This document shows positions 26,587 through 36,182 of a stretch of DNA of 38,226 bases, in pieces. The stretch's first letter is position 1. The number at the start of each line of letters is the position of its first letter. The stretch comes from Gemmatimonadota bacterium (GTDB lineage Bacteria; 4572-55; J002): assembly GCA_003697105.1 (NCBI GenBank), contig RFFQ01000136.1:1-38226 (forward strand), given 5' to 3'. The translations under genes and the position numbers were made by a program. Under the pieces are notes generated by a model. The model was not told the origin of the DNA. It did no database searches and saw nothing but the letters and a program-made list of their open reading frames with translations.

Positions 26587-28662
26587 ATGTCCCAAGATTT
26601 GCTGTTGGAAGTTGGCACCGAAGAGATTCCCGCCGGATATTTGCCGCCGGCATTGGCTCAGCTCCACGAACGGATCAAAGCAGTATTGCAGTCGGAACGA
26701 TTAGCGTATGCGGATATTTGCACGTTTGCGACCCCGCGCCGGATCGTACTCCATGTGGCGAAAGTTGCGGAAAAACAGGAAGACATCGTTCAGGAAATCC
26801 AAGGTCCGGCAAAACGAGTGGCGTTTGATGACGCGGGGCAACCCACCAAAGCCGCCATTGGCTTTGCCAAAGGCAAGGGAGTTACCGTGGAGGATCTGGA
26901 AATCAAAGAGACCGAAAAAGGCGAATATGTCACCTTACAGCAGAAAATTTCCGGTAAAACCACCCTTGAAATTATGACCCACGCCCTCCCTGAGGTCCTT
27001 TTAAACCTCAACTTTCCCAAAACAATGCGCTGGGATGACTCTGGGATTACGTTCACCCGCCCCATCCGCTGGCTGATGTGCCTTTTCGGAGAAACCGTGG
27101 TCCCGTTGAAATTGGGACGCCTCACCGCCGGAAATATTACATATGGACACCGGTTTATGTCGCCGGAGCCAAAAACCATTGAAAATGTCGATTACTATTG
27201 GGCTGTGATGAAGGAATCCTATGTCATCCTTAACCCGAAAGAACGACGGCATCGCATCCACAAAATGCTGGATGAAGCGGCGGAACGTCATCAGGGAAAA
27301 CTCGTCCCCAATGAAGACCTCATTGATACCGTCACCTATTTGGTAGAATTCCCCAGTGTCGTGACCGGTAAATTCGACCCCAAATTTTTGAACCTCCCCG
27401 ATAAGATCATCATTGCCGCCCTCGATGAACATCAAAAATGTTTTGCGGTCACGGATGAACACGGGAAACTCAAACCCCTATTTTTGAACATTATCGGTAG
27501 CAACCCAGAGTATAAATCTCGGGTAATTGCCGGAAATGAGCGCGTGCTCGCGGCACGATTGGAAGACGCTAACTTCTTCTTTACCGAAGATACCAAAACC
27601 CCACTCGCCACCAAAGTGGAACGATTGAAAGGGGTTACGTTCCAAGCAGATTTAGGCTCCGTCTATGAGAAAATGGAACGCATTCAATCCCTCGGACAAA
27701 CCATCGCGGAACGGTGTGATGCCAATCCAGAATGGGTCTCACGAGCCGCCCTGCTCTGCAAAGCCGACCTTGTCACCCTGATGGTGGGGGAAAAAGAGTA
27801 CGCAAAATTGCAAGGCTACATCGGGATGGAGTACGCCCTTAAAGATGGCGAAAATCCCGTCGTAGCAAAAGCCATCAACGAACATTACATGCCGCGCTTT
27901 GCCGATGATACCCTGCCGGAAACCCTGCCCGGCGCCATTATCAGTATCGCCGATAAAATCGATACCATTGTGGGCTGTTTCGGCGTGGGGTTGGTCCCTA
28001 GCGGATCGCAAGACCCCTACGCCCTTCGCCGTCAGGCAACCGGTGTGATTCGCATCTTGCTCGACCGGGAATTTGAAATCCGCTTGAGTGACCTCGTTCA
28101 ATGGGCAAGTACCCTCCTCCACCCTAAATTTAAAGCCAAAGCCGACACCGTTCAGGCGCAGGTGATCGACTTTCTCCAGCAACGGTTGGAAACCATTTTG
28201 ACCAACCTTGGCTTTGCTTATGACGAAGTCGATGCCACCCTCGCCTCGGATTTTAACACCGTCCATGATGCCCTCAAGCGAGTTCGAGCCGTCTCAGAAT
28301 TTCGGCAACATCCTGATTTTGAGGCACTGATCACCGGTTTTAAGCGGGTGGTCAATATCTTGAAAAATGCGGAGGTGGCCAACAATCCAGATGAAAATCT
28401 ATTTACCGAAGAATCGGAACGACGGTTGTTTAAAGCACTGGTCGCGGTGGAAAAAAATATTGGTAATCTGGTAAAAACGAAGGATTATCCCCAGATTTTG
28501 AAGCAATTGGTCATGCTCCGCACGCCGATTGATACACTCTTTGATGAAGTCATGGTGATGGCGGAAGATGAAGCGGTGCGAGAGAACCGGTTGCGACTGC
28601 TGGCGCGTGTCCGGCAGGTTTTTACCCAAGTGGCGGATTTTTCCAGAATTGTCATTAGCTAA
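26587..28662 (+). CDS. glyS: Glycine-tRNA ligase beta subunit
   Basis: LLLEVGTEEIPA, ATPRR, FPKTMRW, FTRPIRW, GNERVLAARLEDA, GSQDPYALRR, VMVMAED..VRENRL. Confidence 0.97.
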   Translation: MSQDLLLEVGTEEIPAGYLPPALAQLHERIKAVLQSERLAYADICTFATPRRIVLHVAKVAEKQEDIVQEIQGPAKRVAFDDAGQPTKAAIGFAKGKGVTVEDLEIKETEKGEYVTLQQKISGKTTLEIMTHALPEVLLNLNFPKTMRWDDSGITFTRPIRWLMCLFGETVVPLKLGRLTAGNITYGHRFMSPEPKTIENVDYYWAVMKESYVILNPKERRHRIHKMLDEAAERHQGKLVPNEDLIDTVTYLVEFPSVVTGKFDPKFLNLPDKIIIAALDEHQKCFAVTDEHGKLKPLFLNIIGSNPEYKSRVIAGNERVLAARLEDANFFFTEDTKTPLATKVERLKGVTFQADLGSVYEKMERIQSLGQTIAERCDANPEWVSRAALLCKADLVTLMVGEKEYAKLQGYIGMEYALKDGENPVVAKAINEHYMPRFADDTLPETLPGAIISIADKIDTIVGCFGVGLVPSGSQDPYALRRQATGVIRILLDREFEIRLSDLVQWASTLLHPKFKAKADTVQAQVIDFLQQRLETILTNLGFAYDEVDATLASDFNTVHDALKRVRAVSEFRQHPDFEALITGFKRVVNILKNAEVANNPDENLFTEESERRLFKALVAVEKNIGNLVKTKDYPQILKQLVMLRTPIDTLFDEVMVMAEDEAVRENRLRLLARVRQVFTQVADFSRIVIS

Positions 28663-28667
28663 CACCC

Positions 28668-28700
28668 TCAGGCGGCGGATTTCCGTCGCCTGATTCTTTT
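28668..28700 (+). terminator. Rho-independent terminator after glyS
   Basis: TCAGGCGGCGG-ATTT-CCGTCGCCTGA-TTCTTTT. Confidence 0.8.
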
Positions 28701-29535
28701 AGTTCAGATGTTGGTCAAAAAACATTATCGTTTCCTGAATCGCCCGCTCCAGATGGTCTGTTGTGCCTCCCCACGGATGCGTTGCCCCAAAAGTATGTCC
28801 CGCCCCGTCAATGGGGATTAAGGTCGAATGCCGCGCGTGCCGGTGAAGTGCCTCTGCCTCCGCAAACGGCACGGTTTCATCCGCTGTACCATGAATAATA
28901 CCATAGGGAATCTCCAGCGATGCCGCCGCATCTAAAATATCAAACCGGTCTGGATCGCGGAGATAATCGTCCACCAGTTCAACACCCATCTGCAATATTT
29001 GACCGGTACGAGCATTCTTAACTTCCAGATAACCCTGTTTGCGCCACATGTCGATCACCTGAGGGTCACTTTGATAGCGGTCAAAGGTGGAAACAGCAGA
29101 CCAGGTGACCAAACAGGAGACTTCTGGGAGGTGCGAGGCACCTAAAATGGCAATTCCACCCCCACGACTGTGCCCCATCAATGCCAATCGGGATAAATCG
29201 AGCGGGTCACCGGTAAACTCCTGTTCCAAGGCATCGACGACGGTGTACAGGTCATCAATTTCTACCGAAAACGTGTTTTCCCGAAATTTATCCAATTCAG
29301 TAAAATTCAACAAATCATCACCAATCCCATTTCGGGAAAAATTGTAATGAATGGCGCAGTAGCCGGCTTCCGCTAAACGGCGCCCCAAATAGGGGTGAAA
29401 GCCCCAATCTTTGAACCCCTTAAACCCGTGACTGATGACAACCACCGGCAGTGGCGTGGTGGTTTCTTGGTATCGAATATCCCCGCGAATCGGTTCGTTG
29501 CGGGCACTGGTTAGCGTAAAACGGCGTTCTATCAT
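28699..29535 (-). CDS. Alpha/beta-fold hydrolase
   Basis: HGFKGFKDWG, nucleophile GHSRGG, IHGTADETV (Asp), GAGHTF (His). Confidence 0.92.
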   Translation of the reverse strand: MIERRFTLTSARNEPIRGDIRYQETTTPLPVVVISHGFKGFKDWGFHPYLGRRLAEAGYCAIHYNFSRNGIGDDLLNFTELDKFRENTFSVEIDDLYTVVDALEQEFTGDPLDLSRLALMGHSRGGGIAILGASHLPEVSCLVTWSAVSTFDRYQSDPQVIDMWRKQGYLEVKNARTGQILQMGVELVDDYLRDPDRFDILDAAASLEIPYGIIHGTADETVPFAEAEALHRHARHSTLIPIDGAGHTFGATHPWGGTTDHLERAIQETIMFFDQHLN

Positions 29536-29667
29536 GTTCCAATCCTTTCTTGATACAAACGTGAAAAATTGACGGGTTCAGCGGCGAATCGTTAGGCAAA
29601 CGCCTCGATCCGCTCTGTATTCCCCTGTCGAACTATTGCCATAAGTTAGGAGTGAATCGTTATCCAG

Positions 29668-30735
29668 ATGTGGAGATCGATTAGAAAACGGAGCTTATTG
29701 TATTGGCAAGGCTTCAAAACTCGGCTGTATCCCCCCCAACACGTGCCCAACAAGCGATTGCTATTGGTGCAACTCGCACCGTTGGGCGATACATGCTGTT
29801 TGATTCCCTTTGCGGTACAACTGGCAGAGCAGGGTTATGCGGTGGATGCCGTCTGCCAACCGGGGTTAGAGGCGGTCTGGAGCTACATGTTGCCCCACGT
29901 GCGACTATTTCCCATCCAACCCAACCGCTGGGAGCCGCACTACGTGCAAACGGCGACTGCCGAAATGGCACGCCACCCCTACGAAGCCGTTTTTATCACC
30001 ACCATGACCCCTTTTGCGGCGTTCATCAGCAGTTATGCCCGTTCGGCACATCGAGTGGGACTCATTGAAAATCGGTTTTATAAAGGCGCTCGCCTGATCT
30101 TCACGGTAGTACACCGGACGAACCCGCAGGAACATATCAACCGGCGCTTTGAGCATCTGTTGCGTTGTTATCTGCCGGAATTCCGGCGCCACAAACCGCA
30201 CTCCCCAACTGCCGGTGACGGCTACGTCCTCTTACATCCAGGCGGCAAATGGAAGCCCCGCCGTTGGATGCCTGACCGGTTTTTAGCCGTCGCCAGATGG
30301 CTTGCGGAGCAGAATATCCCAACCAAAATTGTGGTGCATCAGAGCGAAACCGATTTGCTCCACTTTTTTGCAACCGTTCAACGGCACTCGAATCTCGAAA
30401 TATGCCAAACAACCCACTTAAACGAACTCATCGATCTCGTGCAAAAATGCACTCTTTTTATCGGTAATGATTCGGGACCTGCCCATCTGGCAAATCTATT
30501 TAATAAAATCACCCTTGTATTGTGGGGTCCGGGGAATTATGAGCGCATCCATCCCCAAGGAGAGAACGTCATCGTGCTGATGAAACCGGTAGAGTGCCGT
30601 CCCTGCCGGCAATACCTTCACGCCGACCGGTGCGAAAGGGGAGAAAATGTGTGTTTACAACAGATTACGGTAAATGATGTTCTCAATACCCTCCAACAGT
30701 TTCTCCCGACCGTTCTTTCCGGATCAAGGCGGTAA
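29668..30735 (+). CDS. Glycosyltransferase family 9 (heptosyltransferase-like)
   Basis: LGD motif near N-terminus, HPGGKWKPRRW, FIGNDSGPAHLA, LWGP, C-terminal CRPC..C..C. Confidence 0.9.
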   Translation: MWRSIRKRSLLYWQGFKTRLYPPQHVPNKRLLLVQLAPLGDTCCLIPFAVQLAEQGYAVDAVCQPGLEAVWSYMLPHVRLFPIQPNRWEPHYVQTATAEMARHPYEAVFITTMTPFAAFISSYARSAHRVGLIENRFYKGARLIFTVVHRTNPQEHINRRFEHLLRCYLPEFRRHKPHSPTAGDGYVLLHPGGKWKPRRWMPDRFLAVARWLAEQNIPTKIVVHQSETDLLHFFATVQRHSNLEICQTTHLNELIDLVQKCTLFIGNDSGPAHLANLFNKITLVLWGPGNYERIHPQGENVIVLMKPVECRPCRQYLHADRCERGENVCLQQITVNDVLNTLQQFLPTVLSGSRR

Positions 30736-32251
30736 GTAGCATCCCCGCCAAGACGATCAAGCCGAGTTGTACCAGCAGATCGCCATAGCGCGTATAAAAT
30801 GTAGTCTGGGTACGGAGCGGAATATCCGCCACCAATGTCGTGACCTCATAAAATGGCGTCTTTTTCAGGACACGGCCAAAGGGATCGGCAAATAGCGACA
30901 CCCCAGAATTTGCACACCGTGCCAAACTGACCCGGTTCTCAATACAACGCATCCGGTGCATGTTGGCATGTTGGTACGGTGCGGGGCTCGGTCCAAACCA
31001 CGTGTCATTGGTAATGGTGACCAGAAAGTCCGCACCATGACGAAGCATCTCTCGCGAGAGATTTGGGAAAACCGTCTCATAACAAATACCCGCCCCAAAC
31101 TTGCCTTTTGGAGTTTCAAATATCGTAAATTCCGTGCCTTTGGAGAAATTCGCTTGCCCCAAATCATATTTTTGTAAAAAGGGGAATCGCTCTTGATACG
31201 GCATTCGTTCCGCAAACGGCACCAGACGCATCTTAGCGTAAAATGGAGACATTCGCCCCTGCTCATCAAACAGAAATGCCGCATTATAAACAAAGCGGCG
31301 GCGATTTTCATCAAACACGGTGTGCGGTGCCCCCACAAAAAGGGGTGTCCGGTGGTCCCGGGCAAACTGGGCTAATTTGTGGCGATATAAAGGCTTATAA
31401 TAAAGGTGTGCAGGGACAGAAGTCTCTGCCCACAAAATCAAATCTGGGTGTTGAGGTAACAAGGTGGCGCTCATCTCCAACTGCTCATTAATCACAAATT
31501 CTTCAAATTCATCCGCCCATTTCAGTTTCATGGGATAACTCGGTTGCACTAACCCGACCCGAATGTGGGGTGTATCCGCCGGCAAACCCCGCTGGATCGT
31601 CCACACACCGTGGAGCCACGCAGTGCCAATCACCACCCCGATTAAACTCAGATGAATCCCCCACTTGCGGTAGTTAGCCGCCATTTGCGCATCAAACAGC
31701 AACACATTGACCAGCATGATCCAAAACGTTGCGCCAATAATACCGGTAATAGCGATGAATTGGAGCAATGTGGGGAAATAGGTTAAGGCATACCCCAGAT
31801 TTCCCCAGGGGATCGCCAATTCGGTCTGGTTGAGCCAATAATCCATGCCCAACCAAAGAAACGGGACAGTCAGTTGCAACGAGAATCCCCGTCGTCGCAT
31901 CCACACCGCTAGCACCCCCATCAGGGCGTAATACCCCGCCAGAACCGCGACCGCGCCAACCATACCGGCAATTAATATCGGACGGACAATGGCAATCCAG
32001 TAGAGCAACCCCAAATTAAAAAAGACCCCAAAAAGATACGTGACCCGGAATGTACGAGCCAGCGGTTTGGGACGCCCATCGGTGGCGATCTCATCCAGCA
32101 CCCGCAACAACGGCACAAACGCCACAAAAATCAGCACCCCGACCCCGGCAAGGGGCATGAATGCCAAAGCGCCTATCACTCCGGCAAGAATCGCAAAAAA
32201 TTGATGTTTGGAAAGGGAAAAAGTACGGTCTGTTTCAATCCGGAATCGCAT
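30683..32251 (-). CDS. lnt: Apolipoprotein N-acyltransferase
   Basis: TM N-terminus, PWGNLGY, triad motifs WAET (E), KMRLVPFAE (K), ICYE (C), ITNDTWFG, ANSGVS. Confidence 0.95.
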   Translation of the reverse strand: MRFRIETDRTFSLSKHQFFAILAGVIGALAFMPLAGVGVLIFVAFVPLLRVLDEIATDGRPKPLARTFRVTYLFGVFFNLGLLYWIAIVRPILIAGMVGAVAVLAGYYALMGVLAVWMRRRGFSLQLTVPFLWLGMDYWLNQTELAIPWGNLGYALTYFPTLLQFIAITGIIGATFWIMLVNVLLFDAQMAANYRKWGIHLSLIGVVIGTAWLHGVWTIQRGLPADTPHIRVGLVQPSYPMKLKWADEFEEFVINEQLEMSATLLPQHPDLILWAETSVPAHLYYKPLYRHKLAQFARDHRTPLFVGAPHTVFDENRRRFVYNAAFLFDEQGRMSPFYAKMRLVPFAERMPYQERFPFLQKYDLGQANFSKGTEFTIFETPKGKFGAGICYETVFPNLSREMLRHGADFLVTITNDTWFGPSPAPYQHANMHRMRCIENRVSLARCANSGVSLFADPFGRVLKKTPFYEVTTLVADIPLRTQTTFYTRYGDLLVQLGLIVLAGMLLTALIRKERSGETVGGY

Positions 32252-32314
32252 AAAGGCGTATCTATATGAGGGAAAAATGCTGGCGCATCACCGTTTTTTT
32301 GAATTTAGTGTGAA

Positions 32315-32344
32315 TCGGAGCCAAAGCCAACTTTGGCGATCCGA
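32315..32344. terminator. Stable hairpin after the amidotransferase stop (possible terminator or 3' stabiliser)
   Basis: TCGGA-GCCAAAG-CCAA-CTTTGGC-GA-TCCGA; only a weak U-tract. Confidence 0.45.
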
Positions 32345-32358
32345 GGGTTAGCCGTGTT

Positions 32359-33213
32359 TTATTGCAGAGAAATCAAATTCATCTTACCGGCGGCGGAGAC
32401 CACCACCATGTGGTTGGGAGGGACAACTTCCCAATCTGCCCGAAAGGTCAGTGGTTCGGAGGCAATGATGATAGCGTGTGGTTCGCCTTGGGGGGGCACC
32501 ATCTGGCAGATGCCCTCCTTACACTCAAACCGGTGCCCGCAGGAATAATACAGCGATGCCGGCGGTACTGCGGGGTCAGTGGTGTAGCGCGTCACCATCA
32601 CAGTGTTGCCATCACTGACCGCAAAATTCAACAGGCTACCCTGCACGATGCCCGCCTCCGCATTCCATTGCTCTAGTTGCCGGATCGTGGTGATCATCGC
32701 CGTTTGGAGTTGGTCCGGCGGATAAGTACCTCGCGGGTCCTCCAGTTGGTTCATAAACAGCCCAAAGGCGTGTTCAGAATCGGTTGTCCCGTAGATGTGA
32801 TGGTAGATGTCATCGCGGAGCGATGCCCGCAGACGGCGTTTGATACGGGGAAAGTCTGCCAGCACACCGTTGTGCATCCACAAAAAGCGCCCCATCTGGA
32901 AGGGATGGCAGTTGAGTTCCGTCACGGGTAAACCGGGAGATGCCGCCCGCACATGGGCAAAAATTAGTTTTGCCCGAATTTTCTCCGCCAACCGTTTTAA
33001 GTTCTGATTGCTCCACGCGGGCGAGACACTGGTGATAAAGCAAGGAATATCATCAATTTCCGGTACATACCAACCCACACCGACGCCATCGGCATTCATG
33101 GGATGAGATAATTCTTCCGCATGGTAACTTTGATGAATCAGAGAGTGCGCCGGATGGGTGACCATATCTGCCATCAATGTCTCATTGCCGTAATATACCA
33201 AAAAGCGGCACAT
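32359..33213 (-). CDS. Class II glutamine amidotransferase (EgtC/Dug3-like Ntn hydrolase)
   Basis: Start set at ATG 33213 to give MCRF (N-terminal nucleophile Cys); NADGVGVGWY, AHVRAAS, NCHPF, MHNG, GTTDSE, IASEPL. Confidence 0.9.
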   Translation of the reverse strand: MCRFLVYYGNETLMADMVTHPAHSLIHQSYHAEELSHPMNADGVGVGWYVPEIDDIPCFITSVSPAWSNQNLKRLAEKIRAKLIFAHVRAASPGLPVTELNCHPFQMGRFLWMHNGVLADFPRIKRRLRASLRDDIYHHIYGTTDSEHAFGLFMNQLEDPRGTYPPDQLQTAMITTIRQLEQWNAEAGIVQGSLLNFAVSDGNTVMVTRYTTDPAVPPASLYYSCGHRFECKEGICQMVPPQGEPHAIIIASEPLTFRADWEVVPPNHMVVVSAAGKMNLISLQ

Positions 33214-33227
33214 ATCCCTATCTCCAC

Positions 33228-33257
33228 AAAAAAAGGTAGGTGAATGATTCACCTACC
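33228..33257 (-). terminator. Rho-independent terminator after the YceI gene
   Basis: GGTAGGTGAA-TCA-TTCACCTACC-T7 on the minus strand (perfect 10 bp stem). Confidence 0.85.
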
Positions 33258-33258
33258 C

Positions 33259-33287
33259 ATCATATCATATCCTAAACCGGATGGCAA
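33259..33287 (-). promoter_or_regulatory. Putative sigma70 promoter for the amidotransferase gene, abutting the terminator
   Basis: TTGCCA-17 bp-TATGAT with extended -10 TGn. Confidence 0.6.
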
Positions 33288-33300
33288 CGTTTTTTTGGCA

Positions 33301-33903
33301 CTATTTGCCGGCGTCATCCTGTGCCATAATGTATTCCGCGGTGAGTTCAATTTCCACCTCATCACCCACCACCAGACCGCCATTATCCAGCGTTTTACTC
33401 CAACTAACACCATAATCTTGGCGGTTGATGGTCAACCCGCCACTGATGCCAATGCGGGTATTCCCCCACGGATCGGTGAGTTTACCCAGCACTTCAAACG
33501 GGATTTCCACTTCTTTTGTGACGTCGCGGATGGTCAAATCACCAATGGCGAGATACCCCTTCCCTTGCTTCTTGATCTGTTTGCTGACAAAGGTGATCGT
33601 CGGATAGGTCTCCGCGTCGAGAAAATCAGCACTGCGTAAATGCTCATCCCGTTTGGGTTCGTCCGTATCGATACTCGCCACTTGGATGGTCGTTTTCACC
33701 GATGATTTGGACGGGTCCGTATCATCCCAAATCAACGTGGATTCATACTCCTTAAACTCCCCTTTGGTTTTGCTGATGACCATGTGCTTCACCGCAAACC
33801 CAATGTGAGAATGTGCGGGATCAATGGTGTAGGTATCGGCGGCAAATGTGACACCGGAAAACACGAACGCGATCAGGGTCGCGAAAGCGAAAATGTGTTT
33901 CAT
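33301..33903 (-). CDS. YceI-family periplasmic polyisoprenoid-binding protein
   Basis: Signal peptide; IDPAHSHIGFAVKHM, RDEHLRSADF, GDLTIRDVTK, DPWG, INRQDYG; AAGGAGG RBS. Confidence 0.95.
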   Translation of the reverse strand: MKHIFAFATLIAFVFSGVTFAADTYTIDPAHSHIGFAVKHMVISKTKGEFKEYESTLIWDDTDPSKSSVKTTIQVASIDTDEPKRDEHLRSADFLDAETYPTITFVSKQIKKQGKGYLAIGDLTIRDVTKEVEIPFEVLGKLTDPWGNTRIGISGGLTINRQDYGVSWSKTLDNGGLVVGDEVEIELTAEYIMAQDDAGK

Positions 33904-34061
33904 CGTAAAACCTCCTTACTAAAGAAAGTGGAAAAAATAAACAAACAAATTGTGATAAAGAGGGAGGAACCGGTTGTAACACCCCTTTTTTTAATCATTA
34001 CCGTGAGACAATCACGATGGTATTGCGAAAGTGTGATGATTGTAATACGGGTTGCAGATTA

Positions 34062-34760
34062 TCAATTCAAATCAAATAACAGAAATTCTGCCGGAGCGGT
34101 TGCTGTTACGGTGAGCGTTGATTCCTGACAAATTGCCGCCCCGTCACCGGCGTTCAGCGAGTCGCCGTTGAGTTCAATGGCACCGTGGATCAGTTGCAAC
34201 CAACCATAGCGCCCTTCAGCGAAGGTGTGAGACAGTGTCTGCTGGGGGGCTAAGCATGAAGCATACACATTCACATCCTGATGGATATGTAGCGAGCCAT
34301 CTCGTCCCCCGCGAGAGGCGATCAAACAGAGTCGATCCGTTTTCATTTCTGGGTCAAACCGTTGTTGGTCATAGCGAGGGGTTAATCCGCGGGTTTCGGG
34401 CAAAATCCAAATTTGCAACAAGTGCGTTTTTTCGGTGTGGGAGGGGTTGTATTCACTATGGGTAATACCCCTACCGGCGCTCATGACCTGTACCTCATGC
34501 GGTTTGAGCGTTTCGAGATGGTTCATGCTATCGCGGTGGGCAAGTTCACCCGAAATCAGGTAGGTGATAATCTCCATATTATTATGCGGATGCGTACCAA
34601 ACCCCTCGCCGGGATCGATCCAGTCTTCATTCATCACCCGCAATTGACGAAATCCCATATGGTCTGGGTGGTAATAATTGGCAAAAGAAAAGGTGTAGCG
34701 CGTATCCAACCAGCCGTAGTTGGCGTGACCTCGTTCGCCAGAGGGTCTGAGAGTTATCAT
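34062..34760 (-). CDS. Pirin family protein (YhhW-like)
   Basis: RGHANYGWL, FSFANYY, GFGTHPHNNMEI, HRDSM, MSAGRGITHSE, LQIWI. Confidence 0.95.
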   Translation of the reverse strand: MITLRPSGERGHANYGWLDTRYTFSFANYYHPDHMGFRQLRVMNEDWIDPGEGFGTHPHNNMEIITYLISGELAHRDSMNHLETLKPHEVQVMSAGRGITHSEYNPSHTEKTHLLQIWILPETRGLTPRYDQQRFDPEMKTDRLCLIASRGGRDGSLHIHQDVNVYASCLAPQQTLSHTFAEGRYGWLQLIHGAIELNGDSLNAGDGAAICQESTLTVTATAPAEFLLFDLN

Positions 34761-34769
34761 GACATCTCC

Positions 34770-35126
34770 TTATTGCTCATCTAACGTGATAAAAATAGAG
34801 CGGCGCGGGTTGCCCCCCATGGCTTTCGTTTTGTGCCCTTTGCCGGTGGTATCTTCTACGAGGAGGATGTCACCGGCGCGGAAGGTACGCACCTCGCCCC
34901 GGCTGGTTTCGATCTCAATCGCGCCATCCAGCATAATGATGTATTGTCGCTGGGGGGCGTTGTGCCAGTCGTAGTTGTAATCAGCGTCATTTTCCCGAAA
35001 AATAATACCCGTTGCCGGATGTGGTTTCGAGAGCCGTCCGATGTCTCCGGCATCATCCAGCGGAATTTCGATCACCTCAAAGCGGGAATCGCCGTTATCA
35101 TCACTGTATAAGCGAGTAATGGTCAT
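34770..35126 (-). CDS. Small cupin-domain protein
   Basis: DWHNAPQRQY..LDG..EIE, GDILLVEDTTGKGH; start ATG 35126 overlaps the upstream TGA (ATGA). Confidence 0.85.
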   Translation of the reverse strand: MTITRLYSDDNGDSRFEVIEIPLDDAGDIGRLSKPHPATGIIFRENDADYNYDWHNAPQRQYIIMLDGAIEIETSRGEVRTFRAGDILLVEDTTGKGHKTKAMGGNPRRSIFITLDEQ

Positions 35127-35674
35127 TTGAAGCGCTCCACCCATTGGGCAAAATGGTGCATAAATTTGCCCAGAAAATCGCGAGTAAGTCCATCGATGAG
35201 GTTACCATCTTTATCGAATTTTTCTTGAGCTTTCGCGATGAGAATTTCAGGTTTATTCATCACCATCATGTTTTGGCTCGCGGTCAAGACTTGTCGCAGA
35301 TGGTTTTGTGCCCTTACCGTACCATACTGCCCCATCGTCGCCCCGATAATTGCCGCCGGTTTTCCGTGCAACGGTCGTGGCGGCCGGGAAGCCCAGTCAA
35401 TCGCATTTTTCAAGACACCCGGAATCGAGTAATTATACTCGGGTGTAGCAAACAGCACCGCATCCGCTTGGTCAATCGCTTTCTTCAAGTGTTTCACTGC
35501 CGGGGGGTCGCCTTCAGATTCCACATCCCCATTGTAAAGTGGAATATCATTGAGGTCAAAGATGTTCATCAAGAGATGATCTGGCGCGACATCTTGTACC
35601 GCGCGCAACAGCATTTTGTTGTACGACTTTTGCCGAAGACTACCGGCGATACCCAAGATTCTCAAATTATTCAT
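35123..35674 (-). CDS. NAD(P)H-dependent FMN reductase / quinone reductase (ChrR/YieF-like)
   Basis: GSLRQKSYN, TPEYNYSIPGVLKNAIDWASR, GKP; ATG 35674 preferred for GGAGG spacing. Confidence 0.93.
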   Translation of the reverse strand: MNNLRILGIAGSLRQKSYNKMLLRAVQDVAPDHLLMNIFDLNDIPLYNGDVESEGDPPAVKHLKKAIDQADAVLFATPEYNYSIPGVLKNAIDWASRPPRPLHGKPAAIIGATMGQYGTVRAQNHLRQVLTASQNMMVMNKPEILIAKAQEKFDKDGNLIDGLTRDFLGKFMHHFAQWVERFK

Positions 35675-36131
35675 TGCCTTCACCCTCCTGTCTTTTCCCT
35701 AGTTTACGGCAAAGCTGGCCCAGGGTCTCTTGTTCTTCTGCGCTCAGGGCGCTCATTTCTGCCATAATTGCCGCCACATGCCCGGGGAAAATCTCCTGAA
35801 TCAGAGCTTCTCCCTTTTCTGTCAGATGGATTTCATACTTGCGGCGGTCTTGCACACTGCGGCGCCGCTCGACCAACCCGTTTTTTTCCAGATTATCGAT
35901 CACCATTGTGATGTTCCCACCGCTCTTTAACAGTTTTTGGGAAAGCTCCGTTTGGCACATGGAACCCAAATGATACAATGCCTCTAGCACCCCAAACTGA
36001 GACCCGGAAAGCCCCCCGGTCGTGTTGGATTGATTCAAACGCGCATGAAGTGATTCGTTGGCGCGGGTGAATTTGATAAACGTATTTAGTGCCCGTATTT
36101 CATCTTCTGTACCGTGATAATGGGTACCCAT
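35667..36131 (-). CDS. MarR-family repressor, MhqR-like
   Basis: GLSGSQFGVLEALYHLG, SGGNITMVIDNLEK, DRR, LTEKG, IFPGH resemble Bacillus MhqR. Confidence 0.92.
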   Translation of the reverse strand: MGTHYHGTEDEIRALNTFIKFTRANESLHARLNQSNTTGGLSGSQFGVLEALYHLGSMCQTELSQKLLKSGGNITMVIDNLEKNGLVERRRSVQDRRKYEIHLTEKGEALIQEIFPGHVAAIMAEMSALSAEEQETLGQLCRKLGKRQEGEGNE

Positions 36132-36182
36132 GTGTTCCCTTTTTTAATGGTTTTGAACCGTCGTGTAGTGTTTATGTTTCAT

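Noticed and set aside
29590-29620. c-di-GMP-I riboswitch suggested by GGCAAAC
   Set aside because: The GAAA tetraloop stem and downstream GCAAA segment are absent.
32359-33213. Assignment as egtC (ergothioneine biosynthesis)
   Set aside because: No egtA/B/D neighbours; family motifs do not define the substrate.
33214-33252. Upstream GTG start of the amidotransferase
   Set aside because: It lies within the terminator hairpin, and Ntn hydrolases need Cys directly after the initiator Met.
35144-35767. 207 aa plus-strand ORF and the many other short overlapping ORFs in the track
   Set aside because: They are antisense or off-frame shadows of well-supported genes with no recognisable motifs.
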